The position numbers were made by a program, and so were the translations under genes. Of a stretch of 64,000 nucleotides of DNA, positions 49,679 through 61,189 are shown one piece after another. The notes below the pieces were generated by a model, which worked only from the letters and a program-made list of their open reading frames with translations, made no database searches and had not been told where the DNA came from. Source of the stretch: Blepharisma stoltei ATCC 30299 (Eukaryota > Protista > Ciliophora); NCBI GenBank assembly GCA_965603825.1, contig CBFDEM010000021.1:682001-746000 (forward strand), in the 5' to 3' direction. Each line of letters begins with the position of its first letter. Positions within the stretch are counted from its first letter, which is position 1.

Positions 49679-50468
49679 ACTTCAATTTTGATATAAATAA
49701 TCTATATTTATTGATTTACAAATAGGGAGGAGGCTAGTTTATTGAGCAATCAGAGGTAATTCAAAGTTATAAGGATTTATTGAAGTAAAGACTTCAACAT
49801 ATATGATATAATTTTCATGATAATACCATGAATATCGTTTTTATATTTGCTCGAATTAAACTCAAGAGTTTTAAACCCTTATTAACCAGTTATTCTATTA
49901 AAATCCAAGATCTTACAGCTTTATATTATTGGATTATATTTAATATATTTTAATAATATCTCTTATGTTTAAAAATTATAGTTTAGCTTGCATATAATTG
50001 GCATAGCTAATTTAAATTTAACTAATGTCTTTAAAAAAATTATTTAATTTTAACTGAGATCCTTATAAATTTTTTTTACTTTTTGATCTTCTTTTATAGA
50101 AATACTCGAATAGATAATTCAGCAGAAGATTATTGGTAATAAAATAACTCTAAAATTTAATTAGTATGAATGATTTAAATTTCACTTTCTGATATAAATT
50201 AAATTGCCATTTTTATGATCCCAAAAAATTTAAAAATTCTGATCAAAACAATAATCGTCAAAATAATCCTATATAAATTACTTCTACTACTTTTTTTATA
50301 CTTTTAAGTTATATCACCTTCATCGCAACCACCCATTTATCCCCAATATCTATTTTCTCTGAAAAATCATGCAATCTTCCCATATTCAGACTAGCAATTA
50401 CTCTACCAGCCTGCCTAACCTACAACCCATTTTATATTTCACTAAATCTTGGTTAAGTTAATTAAATC

Positions 50469-51203
50469 TTAAATCACATTTATCATGTCCTCATCTATTG
50501 ATGAAAAGTGTTCGCCTCCCAAAACTTCCTGTTCGAATAATTCCAATTCGTTTTCCATATCCCCAATGGTAGATAAATCACTTTTATACTCTGATATATA
50601 ACTCTCTTTTCTTCTAGGCATATCCATTAATTCATTAACCATATCATCGTAATCTCTATACAAGTGAGTTTTGTTGGACAATATCATTTCGTTGTATTTG
50701 GCGTTTAGCTGGGCAAGACTTACGTCGCTGCAGTCTGTAATTAAGGTTCAGTTATAATAATTCATTCTAAAATTTGGGAAAATTGTTTCCAATAGATACT
50801 CGAATGGTTCATACTCATTATTTAAGTCACTTTTAGCCATAAAGGCTGTAAAAATCGCAAGGAGCTGAGAATTCATTGCCCGCTCTGCTTTAGATGTAGA
50901 CTCTATTAAAATGTGCCAATACACAAGCTCAAACTCATTTAAAAGCAAAATTTCTGCCACTTTGTTGAGAGTTGTGTAAGTATCAGGAATGAGAAGTTTG
51001 AATGGAGAATTGGTGGATATGGCTTTTAACAGATGTTGACGAAGATAGCTTACGCCTTCCTCTGTAAATTCTTGCCGGAGCTTTTTGTATATTTCTGAGT
51101 ATTTTTCTGATGGAGATTTATAGTTTTCACACATGTTCCTGGAAAAGTCAAAGCATGTTAAATCGTGGTTCTTGAGCGCGTTCTGTTGTGGATTTTGTAC
51201 CAT
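50469..51203 (-). CDS. Hypothetical protein (~244 aa)
   Basis: Two same-frame ORFs joined by TGA at 50748-50750; LLLNEFELVYW..FTAFMAK..LN segment. Confidence 0.72.
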
Positions 51204-51805
51204 ATTTAAAAAATTATAAGGGATATGGAATTTTTCTGATCAAAAGTAAAAAAGTTAGAAAGGTATTAAGAAGAAATTCAGGAGTTAGAATAGTTGGCAG
51301 AATTAAGAAATGATAGTTAATTATAGGGGCTACGCATGAACGACATTTTGAATGAGGGAAAAGTAAATTTAGAATTAAAAATAGCTAGACTAAGAAAGTT
51401 ATTAAAATTGTATCAAAAGAATAAAGAAAAGCAAGTAGCAATATATTAAATTTCTTGGCCATATTTTATTGGTAGGGTCAATATTTATGTAATAAGCATT
51501 TTTATGATTTTGATAGAAGACAAGAAACCATTAAGTTTTTTCAATTGATATTTATAATTTAAAATTAAAATTTAGATTTGAAGAGATTTTGATAAAATAA
51601 TCTGAAACAGATTTTTCCAAAAATGTTTGCAATCTGATATGAGAAATATTGATATGCATAATACTGAATTCGGATTATAAGTAATTTAGCCTGAATTTTT
51701 TTAGTATAATTAAAATTCTTATAGAAATTATAAATTCTATATATGCCCCAAACCTCCAAAATGTGAAAACCAAATTAAAATCTTTCAAAGGGGGTTTATA
51801 AAAAT

Positions 51806-52099
51806 ATGTCTCAAGCCTCGCAAACATCTCAAAGCGAAGAAACCAAAAAAGCCCAAGAAGAGCACGTGACTCTCAAAGTCAAATCACAGGATGGCAACGA
51901 GATTTTCTTCAAGATTAAGAAGTCCACACAACTCAAAAAGCTCATGGAAGCTTACTGCTCAAGAAATGGAGTGAACCCGACAACCGTGAGATTCCTATTT
52001 GATGGTGAAAGAATCCAAGAGACCTCGACCCCTGTTTCTTTAGGAATGGAAGATGGTGACGAAATCGATGCTATGGTGGAGCAAACTGGAGGAATATAA
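51806..52099 (+). CDS. SMT3: SUMO precursor
   Basis: [45 protein letters not shown]. Confidence 0.96.
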   Translation: MSQASQTSQSEETKKAQEEHVTLKVKSQDGNEIFFKIKKSTQLKKLMEAYCSRNGVNPTTVRFLFDGERIQETSTPVSLGMEDGDEIDAMVEQTGGI

Positions 52100-52604
52100 T
52101 AATAAGCCATGTTTCTCATTTTATAAAGACTTTAAGTCGATTTTAAAATCTATTTATCTAGATTTAATTTCTTTTTTAGCCTATCACAAAGACTAGGCTT
52201 TTAAGGTAATTTTTTAAGATTATATTTTCTCTTAAAATGTTGGTTAAATGTATTGGCCCTACTCACGATCTACTATATCGGACGACTCTAGGCATCCCAA
52301 GAAGTATTAGAGTTTTTACTCAAAATTGAAGAAATATAGAAAGACATTGAATTGCTCATTCAGTCATGGCGCCAAGCCAAATGCTGATGCCAAACCCTTC
52401 AAAGAAGCTTATAAGGGTAAATATTCTTGCATTGTTTGATAATCAGTCCAAAAGATCGATATCTTCATTGTCGTACTTCTTATAGTTTTCATATGGAAGA
52501 AAAGCTGGATGAGGATGAGGTTTTGATCTTAATGAATATATAGGATTAGGATTTGTCCATCCTTATACAGATGAATATTCTAAGGATTATAATAGACTTT
52601 ATCT

Positions 52605-53624
52605 GTGGCCATTGCTTTATTTTATAAAGTATTCATAGATCAAACTCAAATAAAAAGTTCTCTCGAATTCTCAACAGAAAGGAAAGCCTCTCCAAAAGAA
52701 ATCCTCGACCTAATTATAAACTGGCTTAAAGGATTTGTCCCTAAAAAACCTCTCGAAACTAAAGAAAATTATATGGATCTTGTTCAGCAATTTTCTAAGC
52801 CTACACAATCTATTTCATTTCAATATCTTGCCCAGAAAATCAATTTATTAAATGATAATATTGAAAAGCAGGGACAAAAAATAACCAGCTTAATAAAGCA
52901 CGTAGAAAACCAAGAGAAATTCCAAACTGACTCAATAGAAAAGCTTTTCCAGAATTTAAATACCCCTGATGCTCAAGAAGCCCGAAAGCTACCAAATCCA
53001 AATCAAAGCCCAGACATAGACTCTATCAAAGAATTCGTCCCAAGAGGAACTCTAGCCTACCCAGTTTTGCCCAAAACTCTAGAGCTTAACACAACCAACA
53101 TGAAATACTGCGAGAAATCAGCAACCAAAATAATTGAAAGTGCTCGGGAAATCCATGACGAAATCTTTAAAAATCTCAACGCCTATTTCAGATCAAAATG
53201 CCAAAGATACTGTGAGTTTAGAGATCTACGCAATTACAAGTTTTCTCTGTATAATTTGATTATGATTAGAACTCTGAAATGGTGCGGTGTTGCAAAAGAA
53301 AATTGGTTTGATATTTGCAAAAGGAAAGAATTTATACAGAGCTGCATTTATAACCCTATTCTATTAGAAATCGGAGATTATTTGGTGAGATTCAATAAAG
53401 AAGTGGAAATATGCAAAATCAAGCTTCAAAATTACGTTCAGAAAAAAGAATCCTTTGAAACTGGCTATTTGGATAAAATTGACAGAAAATGCTCTTTTTG
53501 TGGACTTCAAGGGCATCTTAAAAAAGATTGCAAAGAAATAAAGCAAGCGTTTTGCCTGAACTGCCTAGATTACAACGAGCACACCACCAAATATCATGCC
53601 ATCTATATAACTCTTAAAAATTAA
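52605..53624 (+). CDS. CCHC zinc-knuckle protein; 5' structure unresolved
   Basis: 339-codon open frame with CSFCGLQGHLKKDC and a degenerate CLNC..H..H; no clean start or intron found upstream. Confidence 0.6.
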   Translation: MAIALFYKVFIDQTQIKSSLEFSTERKASPKEILDLIINWLKGFVPKKPLETKENYMDLVQQFSKPTQSISFQYLAQKINLLNDNIEKQGQKITSLIKHVENQEKFQTDSIEKLFQNLNTPDAQEARKLPNPNQSPDIDSIKEFVPRGTLAYPVLPKTLELNTTNMKYCEKSATKIIESAREIHDEIFKNLNAYFRSKCQRYCEFRDLRNYKFSLYNLIMIRTLKWCGVAKENWFDICKRKEFIQSCIYNPILLEIGDYLVRFNKEVEICKIKLQNYVQKKESFETGYLDKIDRKCSFCGLQGHLKKDCKEIKQAFCLNCLDYNEHTTKYHAIYITLKN

Positions 53625-53667
53625 ATTTATTTAGAATTGCTATTTATCAAGATAAAATTTCTCACGC

Positions 53668-54567
53668 TTATTGAATACTCATTTCTTTTTCCAATGGCTT
53701 CTCTTTTATCGTCTTTTTTTCTTTCCCTTTTTCTATCTTTTTCATTGTCATATATTTAAAAATAGCAATTGCACTTGATATTACTCCACAAAAGCTATAA
53801 AAAATATTGCTTATGTACTCTGAGCCTGGCATCTCTAAGCTTTTCACAAGCATGATTAATCTCAATACATTTTTGACAGTCACTAAAGTTTGGAATCTTC
53901 TTTTTTCTCGGATTTTTATTAAGCTTTGCAATTCTTTATGTGTCCAATTATCATTACTTACAACTCTTTCATCTTTTCTTTTAAGCTCTTCTATGAGCGC
54001 AAGTTCCTTTTTTCTTCTCTTGTTTTCTGTTGTCAAATTAATCATTAGCAGTAGCCAATATCTTATGAAAGACACTGAGTCCTTTGTACTTTCCCATTTC
54101 CAATTCGTGCTCAATACAAAGTCACTTATAACTCCAATGTTAGAAATTCATACAAAATTATCCAAAATATAATAGATTGTCCCAGCCACATGTCTTAAGA
54201 TTTTCATAAAAACAATCAGGCTGAAAGCTTCTTTCAAATTATTTCCAATGCTGCTAACTTCTTCAATCCACCTGAGAAGTTGGAAAATTTTCCTACCACT
54301 TCGCATTGATTCATAAATTATGCTTGCGTTACGAACCATTAAAGGTCACTTGCGTATTCTGGTCTCAGATAAAAATTCTAGCATGCATTGTTTGTAAAGA
54401 TCCGCGGAGTATTGGATCACTCCCAAAATTTTATCACGGCCATGAGATGAACTTAAAATGTGGGAGAAACAAATTGAGGACTCTAAAAGCAATTTTGAGC
54501 CTGTTACTGTAGGAGATGTGAGATGGTCGAAAAATGATGGGCTGCGTTTAATGCCTGATGTGCTCAT
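53668..54567 (-). CDS. PEX11: Peroxisomal membrane protein PEX11 family (~299 aa)
   Basis: GRDKILGVIQY, RKIFQLLRW, YYILDNFV(W); three fragments joined by two TGA. Confidence 0.85.
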
Positions 54568-55370
54568 CTTTTATTGGTTGTAACGATAATTATTAAATAA
54601 AGAAAAGTCTAGAGATGCGAAGGAGCGTGAAATTCAGAAAGATTAGCAAGAAAATTAATTAATTTTTCGAAATAGAAATTATTAAATGTGAAAGCAAGAA
54701 AAAGTTAAATTAAGCTTGAGGCTATAAAGATAAAGTTTAGAATAGCTTTAAAGGCATGAAGATTGGGTTAATAGTTCTTATTATAGTTTTAGTCCTTTTC
54801 GTCATCTTTTCTGATAATGAAAAACTTAAATGCAACTTATATAAATATGAAAGCATTACTAGATAAAGAATTACATTAGCACCCAAGAACCTTGATAAAT
54901 AGTTAATTCCTCAATATTCGGCTAAAATGCTATAATCAAAATATAAAATATGAGAGAATAATTAGAGGGATGTGATTGAGCATGATTTACATTTTAAATC
55001 AATTTTATCAACCGTTAATAGCTTTAGTCTAAACAAAACCCTAAATACCATTTTTATAAATAGCAATTCAATCCGATAGCTAAGGTATTTAAATAATTTG
55101 GCCAAAATTTGAATCCTAAGCCCAATTTTTGCATAAATAAGAAAACTAATTCTATATAAATTATTTACCACATAATAATCTATCTAATAAAAGAATTTGT
55201 TTTTATTGAGAACTTGAAATTTGAAAGACATATTTATGGTTATAATTTTTTTTTATATCAACCTAATGTCTCCTAAAAAGATTCTCTCTGTTTCTCAACA
55301 TTCAGTTGCATCGCCCAATATTCCATATAAACTGATAAATTCATAAAGTCTTTATTATAAATATAAATTA

Positions 55371-56477
55371 ATGATTATTGGAGGAAGGTTTCAGCTCGAA
55401 GACAAACTCGGAAGTGGCTCGTTCGCCAACGTTTATTGCGCAATTGACACAAAAACCAATGAAAAAGTTGCTGTAAAACTAGAACACCCAAATGGAGACC
55501 AAACAAAGACATGCTCTGAGACCAGCTTTTTGGCAACTTTGTCAAACAGTTCGTATTTTCCGAAATTAATATGGCAAGGAAAGCACAATAATTCACGTGT
55601 GATGGTTACAGATCTTCTTGGCCCATCACTTTTTGCAGAATATATAAAAAGAAATCGTTTCACAAATACGGAAATTTCATCCATAGGGGCTCAGATGGTA
55701 TCCGCATTGGAAACCGTCCATGACTTGGGGATTATACATAGAGATATTAAGCCAGACAACATTCTAATTGACCCTGTACATGGGATTGAGAAGGTTTACC
55801 TCATAGACTTCGGCATTGCGAAGCGTTTTGCTGACCCAATTTCCAAGCAGCAAATTCCTTTTCGAGATGATAATGAATTTTCAGGCAATTTTATGTTTGC
55901 CTCAAAGAACGTGGTGGTTGGATGCACTCCAAGCAGAAGGGATGATTTAGAATCCTTGACTTACACATTAATTTTTTTGCTGACTGGGAATCTCCCGTGG
56001 TGTAAGAAGAGATCTAACTCTGAGTCAATCAGAGAACGACGCCAATCAGGTATTCTTTCAGACAATTTTGTTGGAATACCAGAAGAGCTATCAAATATTG
56101 TAACATATTGCCAGAATTTAAAATATCATGAAAGACCAAATTATGGCTACATATTATCGCAGCTAAACGAGCTATCAAAGAAAGAAGACTTCTATATTAG
56201 GTCTTCTAATAGAAGAAGAGACATAATTCCTCTTGAAACGGAGTTCAGATCAAGAATTGCACAAAAAAGAAGTAAAAGTGCTAACCATAAAGGGAAATTG
56301 AATGCTAAAAATAATATAGTGAGAGGACAGTCTAATGTTGACATTGATAATAATCCAACGATTGATGGATCATCACCAAGAATCACCCCAGAAACGAGGA
56401 AAAGAATTTTGGGTTTGAGAAAAGACTCTGGCGACAACATATCTTTGAAGTATATGGCTATGCTATGCAATAATTAA
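55371..56477 (+). CDS. Casein kinase 1 family kinase
   Basis: GSGSF, VAVKLE, DLLGPSL, HRDIKPDN, IDFG.AK, SRRDDLES, LPW. Confidence 0.92.
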   Translation: MIIGGRFQLEDKLGSGSFANVYCAIDTKTNEKVAVKLEHPNGDQTKTCSETSFLATLSNSSYFPKLIWQGKHNNSRVMVTDLLGPSLFAEYIKRNRFTNTEISSIGAQMVSALETVHDLGIIHRDIKPDNILIDPVHGIEKVYLIDFGIAKRFADPISKQQIPFRDDNEFSGNFMFASKNVVVGCTPSRRDDLESLTYTLIFLLTGNLPWCKKRSNSESIRERRQSGILSDNFVGIPEELSNIVTYCQNLKYHERPNYGYILSQLNELSKKEDFYIRSSNRRRDIIPLETEFRSRIAQKRSKSANHKGKLNAKNNIVRGQSNVDIDNNPTIDGSSPRITPETRKRILGLRKDSGDNISLKYMAMLCNN

Positions 56478-57057
56478 TATTTATTTAACTAAAATTACAG
56501 CAGAAAGAAGGTTTAATAAGTATTATTTAGCTTTTATTAGTAATCAATTAATTATTATATTTAAATATTGTTTATTATACTTTTTGTGGTGTACTTGCTT
56601 TATATAATTAAAGCTAATATTTAGATCGAGCCTACTATTTTATCTGGGGAATATCTAAAGGATATGAAATAGAACCTTATTTATTACCTATTAAATTAGC
56701 AAACTTGCAATTAAATAACAAAATTTAAATTCATCGTCTTATATATTCAATAGGATCATATATTTTCAATATGGGTTTTATATAAGTAGAACTTTTCTTC
56801 AAAATTAAATTTCTTTATAACTAAATTTTCAATGTCTAAAATTAATAATTATTTCTCAATAAAAATTAATATCAAATTTTATCTATTGCTTTTTGCTTGG
56901 CTATATCCTAGAATAGATTCCAAATCTACCAATTTTTTTGATTTTTCCTTATTAGCAAAGAAACTTTATTTCGCTCTATATTAATTCGCATTAACTATAA
57001 ATTTTAAAGTTAAATATATTTTCAGTTGAATTGATAGTAAATTGTTAGACTCTTAAA

Positions 57058-57723
57058 ATGGATCAGGTACTTTGGCTCTTCACACTTGGATATTTGTTCC
57101 AATCTCTTGCAAATGGGATTCTTATCTACACCATATCAAAGCAAAAATCAATTTATGGGCTATCTGTTGACAGTCAATGGCTTTTCCTCTTTGCGACATT
57201 AGCAAGATGTATATGGATCTTCGATACGAGATTAACTTCATTACCCTTAGCATCATTTGAATTAGTAATAAACGTGCTGCTAGGAGTAATCTGCTGTTAT
57301 CTCTCTACCAAATACAGTCACACCTCAATATTCCAAACTCCAAAATACTTATCAGCATACGCAATAACAGGAGCCTGCGCAGTTCTCTGTTTCCTATTCC
57401 ATCCAGGCGAAAAAAACCAATACTTTTTAACAGTTCAAATGCTTGTGAGCTTCACAATGTTTATGGAATGTGCAGGACTATTGCCCCAATTTGTCATGAT
57501 GAGAAAATCTAAAGAAGTCGAAATAAAAACAGGGCACTATTTAATGTGCCTAGCAGTAGCAAGGGTGTTCAGGCTTATTTTTTGGGTTCAGCTCTATATG
57601 GACGGCTATACATTTGGGTATTTAATTATTGCTGACTTAATTCACACAATCTTGCTATCTGATTTCGCGATATTTTATATCAAAAGCATGAGGTCAGGGA
57701 AATCGATTTTATTACCTAGTTAA
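57058..57723 (+). CDS. ERD2: ER lumen protein-retaining (KDEL/HDEL) receptor
   Basis: KSIYGLS.DSQ, FTMFMECAGLLPQF, HYLMCL..ARVFR, HTILLSDF..Y, LLPS. Confidence 0.88.
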   Translation: MDQVLWLFTLGYLFQSLANGILIYTISKQKSIYGLSVDSQWLFLFATLARCIWIFDTRLTSLPLASFELVINVLLGVICCYLSTKYSHTSIFQTPKYLSAYAITGACAVLCFLFHPGEKNQYFLTVQMLVSFTMFMECAGLLPQFVMMRKSKEVEIKTGHYLMCLAVARVFRLIFWVQLYMDGYTFGYLIIADLIHTILLSDFAIFYIKSMRSGKSILLPS

Positions 57724-57759
57724 TCACTAATTCCTATTTATAAAAATACAAAATAAAAT

Positions 57760-58929
57760 ATGATCCCAGCTACCACAACACAAGGGCTATTTGCAGGCTT
57801 AAATCCGAACCCAGGCTCTTTGTTTGCGCCTCAAGCTCAGAAAGCTGTTCAGCCTTTTATGGTATCGTCGCCTCAGAGAACAGTTGGGGGTCAAAGTATT
57901 TTTGGAGTTAATCCTATAACAACACAGCCAGCACCATCTCTATTCCAGAATCCGCAGCCTTCGCTATTTCAGAACGCTTTGCCAGCTTCTGCTCCTCAGC
58001 CTGCCCAAAGCTTATTTAATCCTATTCAGCCCACTCCTGGACAATGGGGGCAGCCTGCTCAGCAGATGCCTCAGATGGCTCGTACAGATATATTTGAAAA
58101 TCCTGACGCATGACGATACAAAAAAATCGAGGCCTTATCAGAGCCATCAAAAGCAAAATTCTACGAAATTCAGCAGGAAATCGATAACAATGAAATCGCC
58201 TTAAAAAATGCTGAGCATGCCATCTCAAAACTAACTGACCATCAAGACGTCGTTAATTCCAAAACAGAACAGCTCTTTAGCTATTCTAAAAAAATCGTCG
58301 CAAAAGCGAGAAGAACTGAAAGAGCTTTAGAAATCCGAAAACAGTTTGAAGCCCAAGTCTCAAAATTTGTGAGAGAATTCATCAAGGTCTGTGAACAATG
58401 CAATTCTGCAGATCCTTATCACAAAATTGAAGCCCCAGCAGGGTTTTTATCAGAACTACTTAATAACTGTGAGCAGCGAATAAAAGAGATGGAAGATAAT
58501 ATAAAGGAAATCGAAGAAATTGTTAAAACAGAAACAATTCCAAGCCAATTGAGCTTGCTGGTTCATACGATAAGTCTGATGCAGGACAGGTTTATAGTTA
58601 TATCAGGAATGGCGAATGATATGCACAAGAAAGTATTGGAACTGCATAATAAAGTCGCTGGAGTTATGAGAGATGTCTATCATTCTGAGATGCCCCAAGG
58701 ACTTTTCACACCAAAAGATCAGACAGAAATACTAGAAAAAAAGGCTGAGGAATGCATAGCTACAGATAATTGGCATCATGACAAAAAAATAAGAGACGAG
58801 CTGGAAATGACTGAAGAAAAAGACGCCCCAAAACCACCTGTGATTAGGACCCCGTATTCAAGTGTTAGAGAAGCCATAGTCGGAAGAGCTGGTGTTTTGC
58901 AAGGGCTTTTGCCCAGAAGATATTATTAA
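57760..58929 (+). CDS. Nucleoporin-like protein (Nup58/Nup49-type): xLF repeats plus coiled coil (~389 aa)
   Basis: GLFA, SLFA, SIFG, SLFQ x2, SLFN in P/Q-rich spacers; read through TGA 58111-58113 into a helical domain. Confidence 0.65.
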
Positions 58930-58981
58930 GTTTATAAAAATAATTAAGAATTAGGAATTATGGTTTGGTAAGATTTATTAA

Positions 58982-59635
58982 CTACTTAAAGAACTTCTGG
59001 ATATTCAGTTCTTTGAATGGGTTTTCATCTCCCAACTTGCTAAACCCTCCTTGATCATATAGTACTCTCAACTGGTTTTCCAATTCAGGCATAACTTTTG
59101 CCTTCCATTCAGGATAGCTATTTAATTCTTGTTCCAATTTTTTATACTTTTCAAACACTTCCTTTTCAAACTCAGGGTATCCCAGTGCTTTATTCTGCTC
59201 CACAGTGTGGGAATTTCTTCTCATCGCAATAATGAACCTCATTTCTTTCATAAACTCTCGTATTTCGTCTGAGAAGTCACGGACAGCTTTCCATTGCTTG
59301 AGCTTTTCTACAGCTAAATTATAATCTTTAAGCTCGTACTTGGACAGCTTGGAAGTGTCGAATTTCCAGTGGTCAACAACATAGTTGAGGAAGTAAGCCT
59401 CTTCGTAGTATAGAGAATAAGGAACGGTGAGGTGGTGATTTTCAGGATCAGGATCGTGATATAGGAGGGTCCATCTATTGATATGCTCTAAAAAGGGTGC
59501 TTTGGTATATCTATCGAGAGCTTCATCGATATGTCTTAGAGAACCGATTACTCTGGTCTTTTGGAAGTTGAATTTCCAGTTCTTATAGTAGGCGAGCTTG
59601 TCTCCGAGATGTTTTCCAATGCTAGCCAATGCCAT
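58982..59635 (-). CDS. Hypothetical protein, possibly mitochondrial
   Basis: 217-aa ATG-TAG ORF; all five Trp codons are TGG. Confidence 0.75.
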   Translation of the reverse strand: MALASIGKHLGDKLAYYKNWKFNFQKTRVIGSLRHIDEALDRYTKAPFLEHINRWTLLYHDPDPENHHLTVPYSLYYEEAYFLNYVVDHWKFDTSKLSKYELKDYNLAVEKLKQWKAVRDFSDEIREFMKEMRFIIAMRRNSHTVEQNKALGYPEFEKEVFEKYKKLEQELNSYPEWKAKVMPELENQLRVLYDQGGFSKLGDENPFKELNIQKFFK

Positions 59636-59804
59636 TTATGGATATTAAGATCAAAAAATTGGAAAATATAGAGATAAGAATATTAGAGTTGAAGAAAAGA
59701 AATAAAGATATCTAAAAGAAATAATGAGAATAAATGGGCAATTTTATTTGTCAAAATAGATTTGAAAAATGAAGAAAGTCACTTTTATTTTAAATTTTTC
59801 TAAA

Positions 59805-60602
59805 TTAGCGATGGCCTTGAGGAGGATAGCCTGGGTATCCTTGCTGAGGAGGATAGCCTGGCTGAGGAGGGTATCCGGCTTGAGGTGGATAGCCAGCTTG
59901 AGGAGGGTAGCCTGCTTGAGGTGGATAGCCAGCTTGAGGAGGGTAGCCTGCTTGAGGAGGATAGCCTTGTTGAGGAGGGTAGCCTGCTTGAGGAGGATAG
60001 CCTGCTTGTGGAGGATAGCCTGCTTGTGGAGGATAGCCAGCTTGTGGAGGATATGCTTGAGGTGGATAGCCAGGTTGTGGAGGATATCCAGGATATCCAG
60101 CTTGAGGAGGATACCCTTGAGGTGGATAGCCAGGTTGTGGAGGGTAGGCATATCCTTGAGGAGGATAGCCTGGGACTGGTTGTTGTGCTCCATGCTGCCC
60201 AGTTGTAGCTCCTGATCCGGCATCCTCAGTGAATCTCAATTCAAATCTGACATCACCTGCTTTTCTTCCATGATGTTTAATTTCTACCCAGTCTTCAAAA
60301 TGATGGCTTTTACGAATTGCCTCTAATGGAAGCACACCTTCTCCAATTATATCATCTGCAGATCCTGAATCATGATCCCAGACAGCGAATTCCAGCAAAG
60401 ATTCTGCACCAAGCCTGAAAACAAAAGAATCTGTCCAGTTAGGGAACTTTCCAGCATCCTCAGCAACGACTGTTCTGAATCTTTGAGTTCCAATAGAACA
60501 AACACAATAAGGATCCATCTTTCCAAAGGCTTCGGTGTCTCTAATCAGTTTTCCGCAGATCGGCTTGACGATTAAGGTGCCACTTTTCTTTTGACCTTCC
60601 AT
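59805..60602 (-). CDS. C2-domain protein with GYPPQ-repeat tail
   Basis: GKMDPYC, FPNWTDSF, VWDHDSGSADDIIGEG; long (GYPPQA)n tail. Confidence 0.92.
   Translation of the reverse strand: MEGQKKSGTLIVKPICGKLIRDTEAFGKMDPYCVCSIGTQRFRTVVAEDAGKFPNWTDSFVFRLGAESLLEFAVWDHDSGSADDIIGEGVLPLEAIRKSHHFEDWVEIKHHGRKAGDVRFELRFTEDAGSGATTGQHGAQQPVPGYPPQGYAYPPQPGYPPQGYPPQAGYPGYPPQPGYPPQAYPPQAGYPPQAGYPPQAGYPPQAGYPPQQGYPPQAGYPPQAGYPPQAGYPPQAGYPPQAGYPPQPGYPPQQGYPGYPPQGHR
59815..60175 (-). repeat. Coding ~18-bp tandem repeat encoding GYPPQ(A/P/Q)
   Basis: Repeated gcttgaggaggatagcct-like units. Confidence 0.9.
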
Positions 60603-61012
60603 TTATATTGGACTAATAAATACTCAACACTTTGGGAAATTTTTATATGATTTTCCTCGAGATTATTATTGGAGAAAACAAAATTTATCCTCATATTTTA
60701 CTGAATTATTTTTTATTAAAAAGAGTGGGATAAAAATTTGCAGTTTTAGCTTTAGGCTTATTTATTTTTAGCCTGAGGCATATGAAAAATTTATTTAGAC
60801 AGATAATTTAAAATAAAAGCTTTGATTTTCCAAGCCATAGACTCCTGAGAGAAAAATTGAATTAAATGCAAACAATTAAAGTGATTTTATGCTTATTAAA
60901 GAAATTTAAGTATTCAAGCGATTTAAATTAGATGATTAACTATTCTTTGCTAATTAGGCAAATTTCTTAATCCAATAGTTTATACGCATTTACCTAACTT
61001 AAAGTTAAGGTA

Positions 61013-61189
61013 TTAATGACTTTCCTTAGCTAGATCTGAATTAGTAAAGCTAGGTAAGGGAAGTTTTGCTGGATCTGGCGCTAGCATTCATTTCGATATA
61101 AAATAATGGCTATTTCTTGTTTCCTCGCTTTCAGTTGTTGAGCCAGACCAATAACCATTGCTTCTTCGTCTATCATTTCTTCTGTACAT
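61013..61189 (-). CDS. 58-aa microprotein with PNRC/Edc1-like proline-rich motif
   Basis: MYRRNDRRRSNGYWSGSTTESEETRNSHYFISK(W)MLAPDPAKLPLPSFTNSDLAKESH-TAA; needs one TGA=Trp. Confidence 0.55.

Noticed and set aside
50709-50723. 15-nt GT..AG on the minus strand (gtaagtcttgcccag)
   Set aside because: No A at -6, GC-rich, and reads as in-frame coding sequence (VSLAQ).
59744-60223. Three long alternative-frame ORFs (LRRIA, EEDSL and LLKQA repeats)
   Set aside because: Shadows of the 18-bp GYPPQ coding repeat in the C2 gene.
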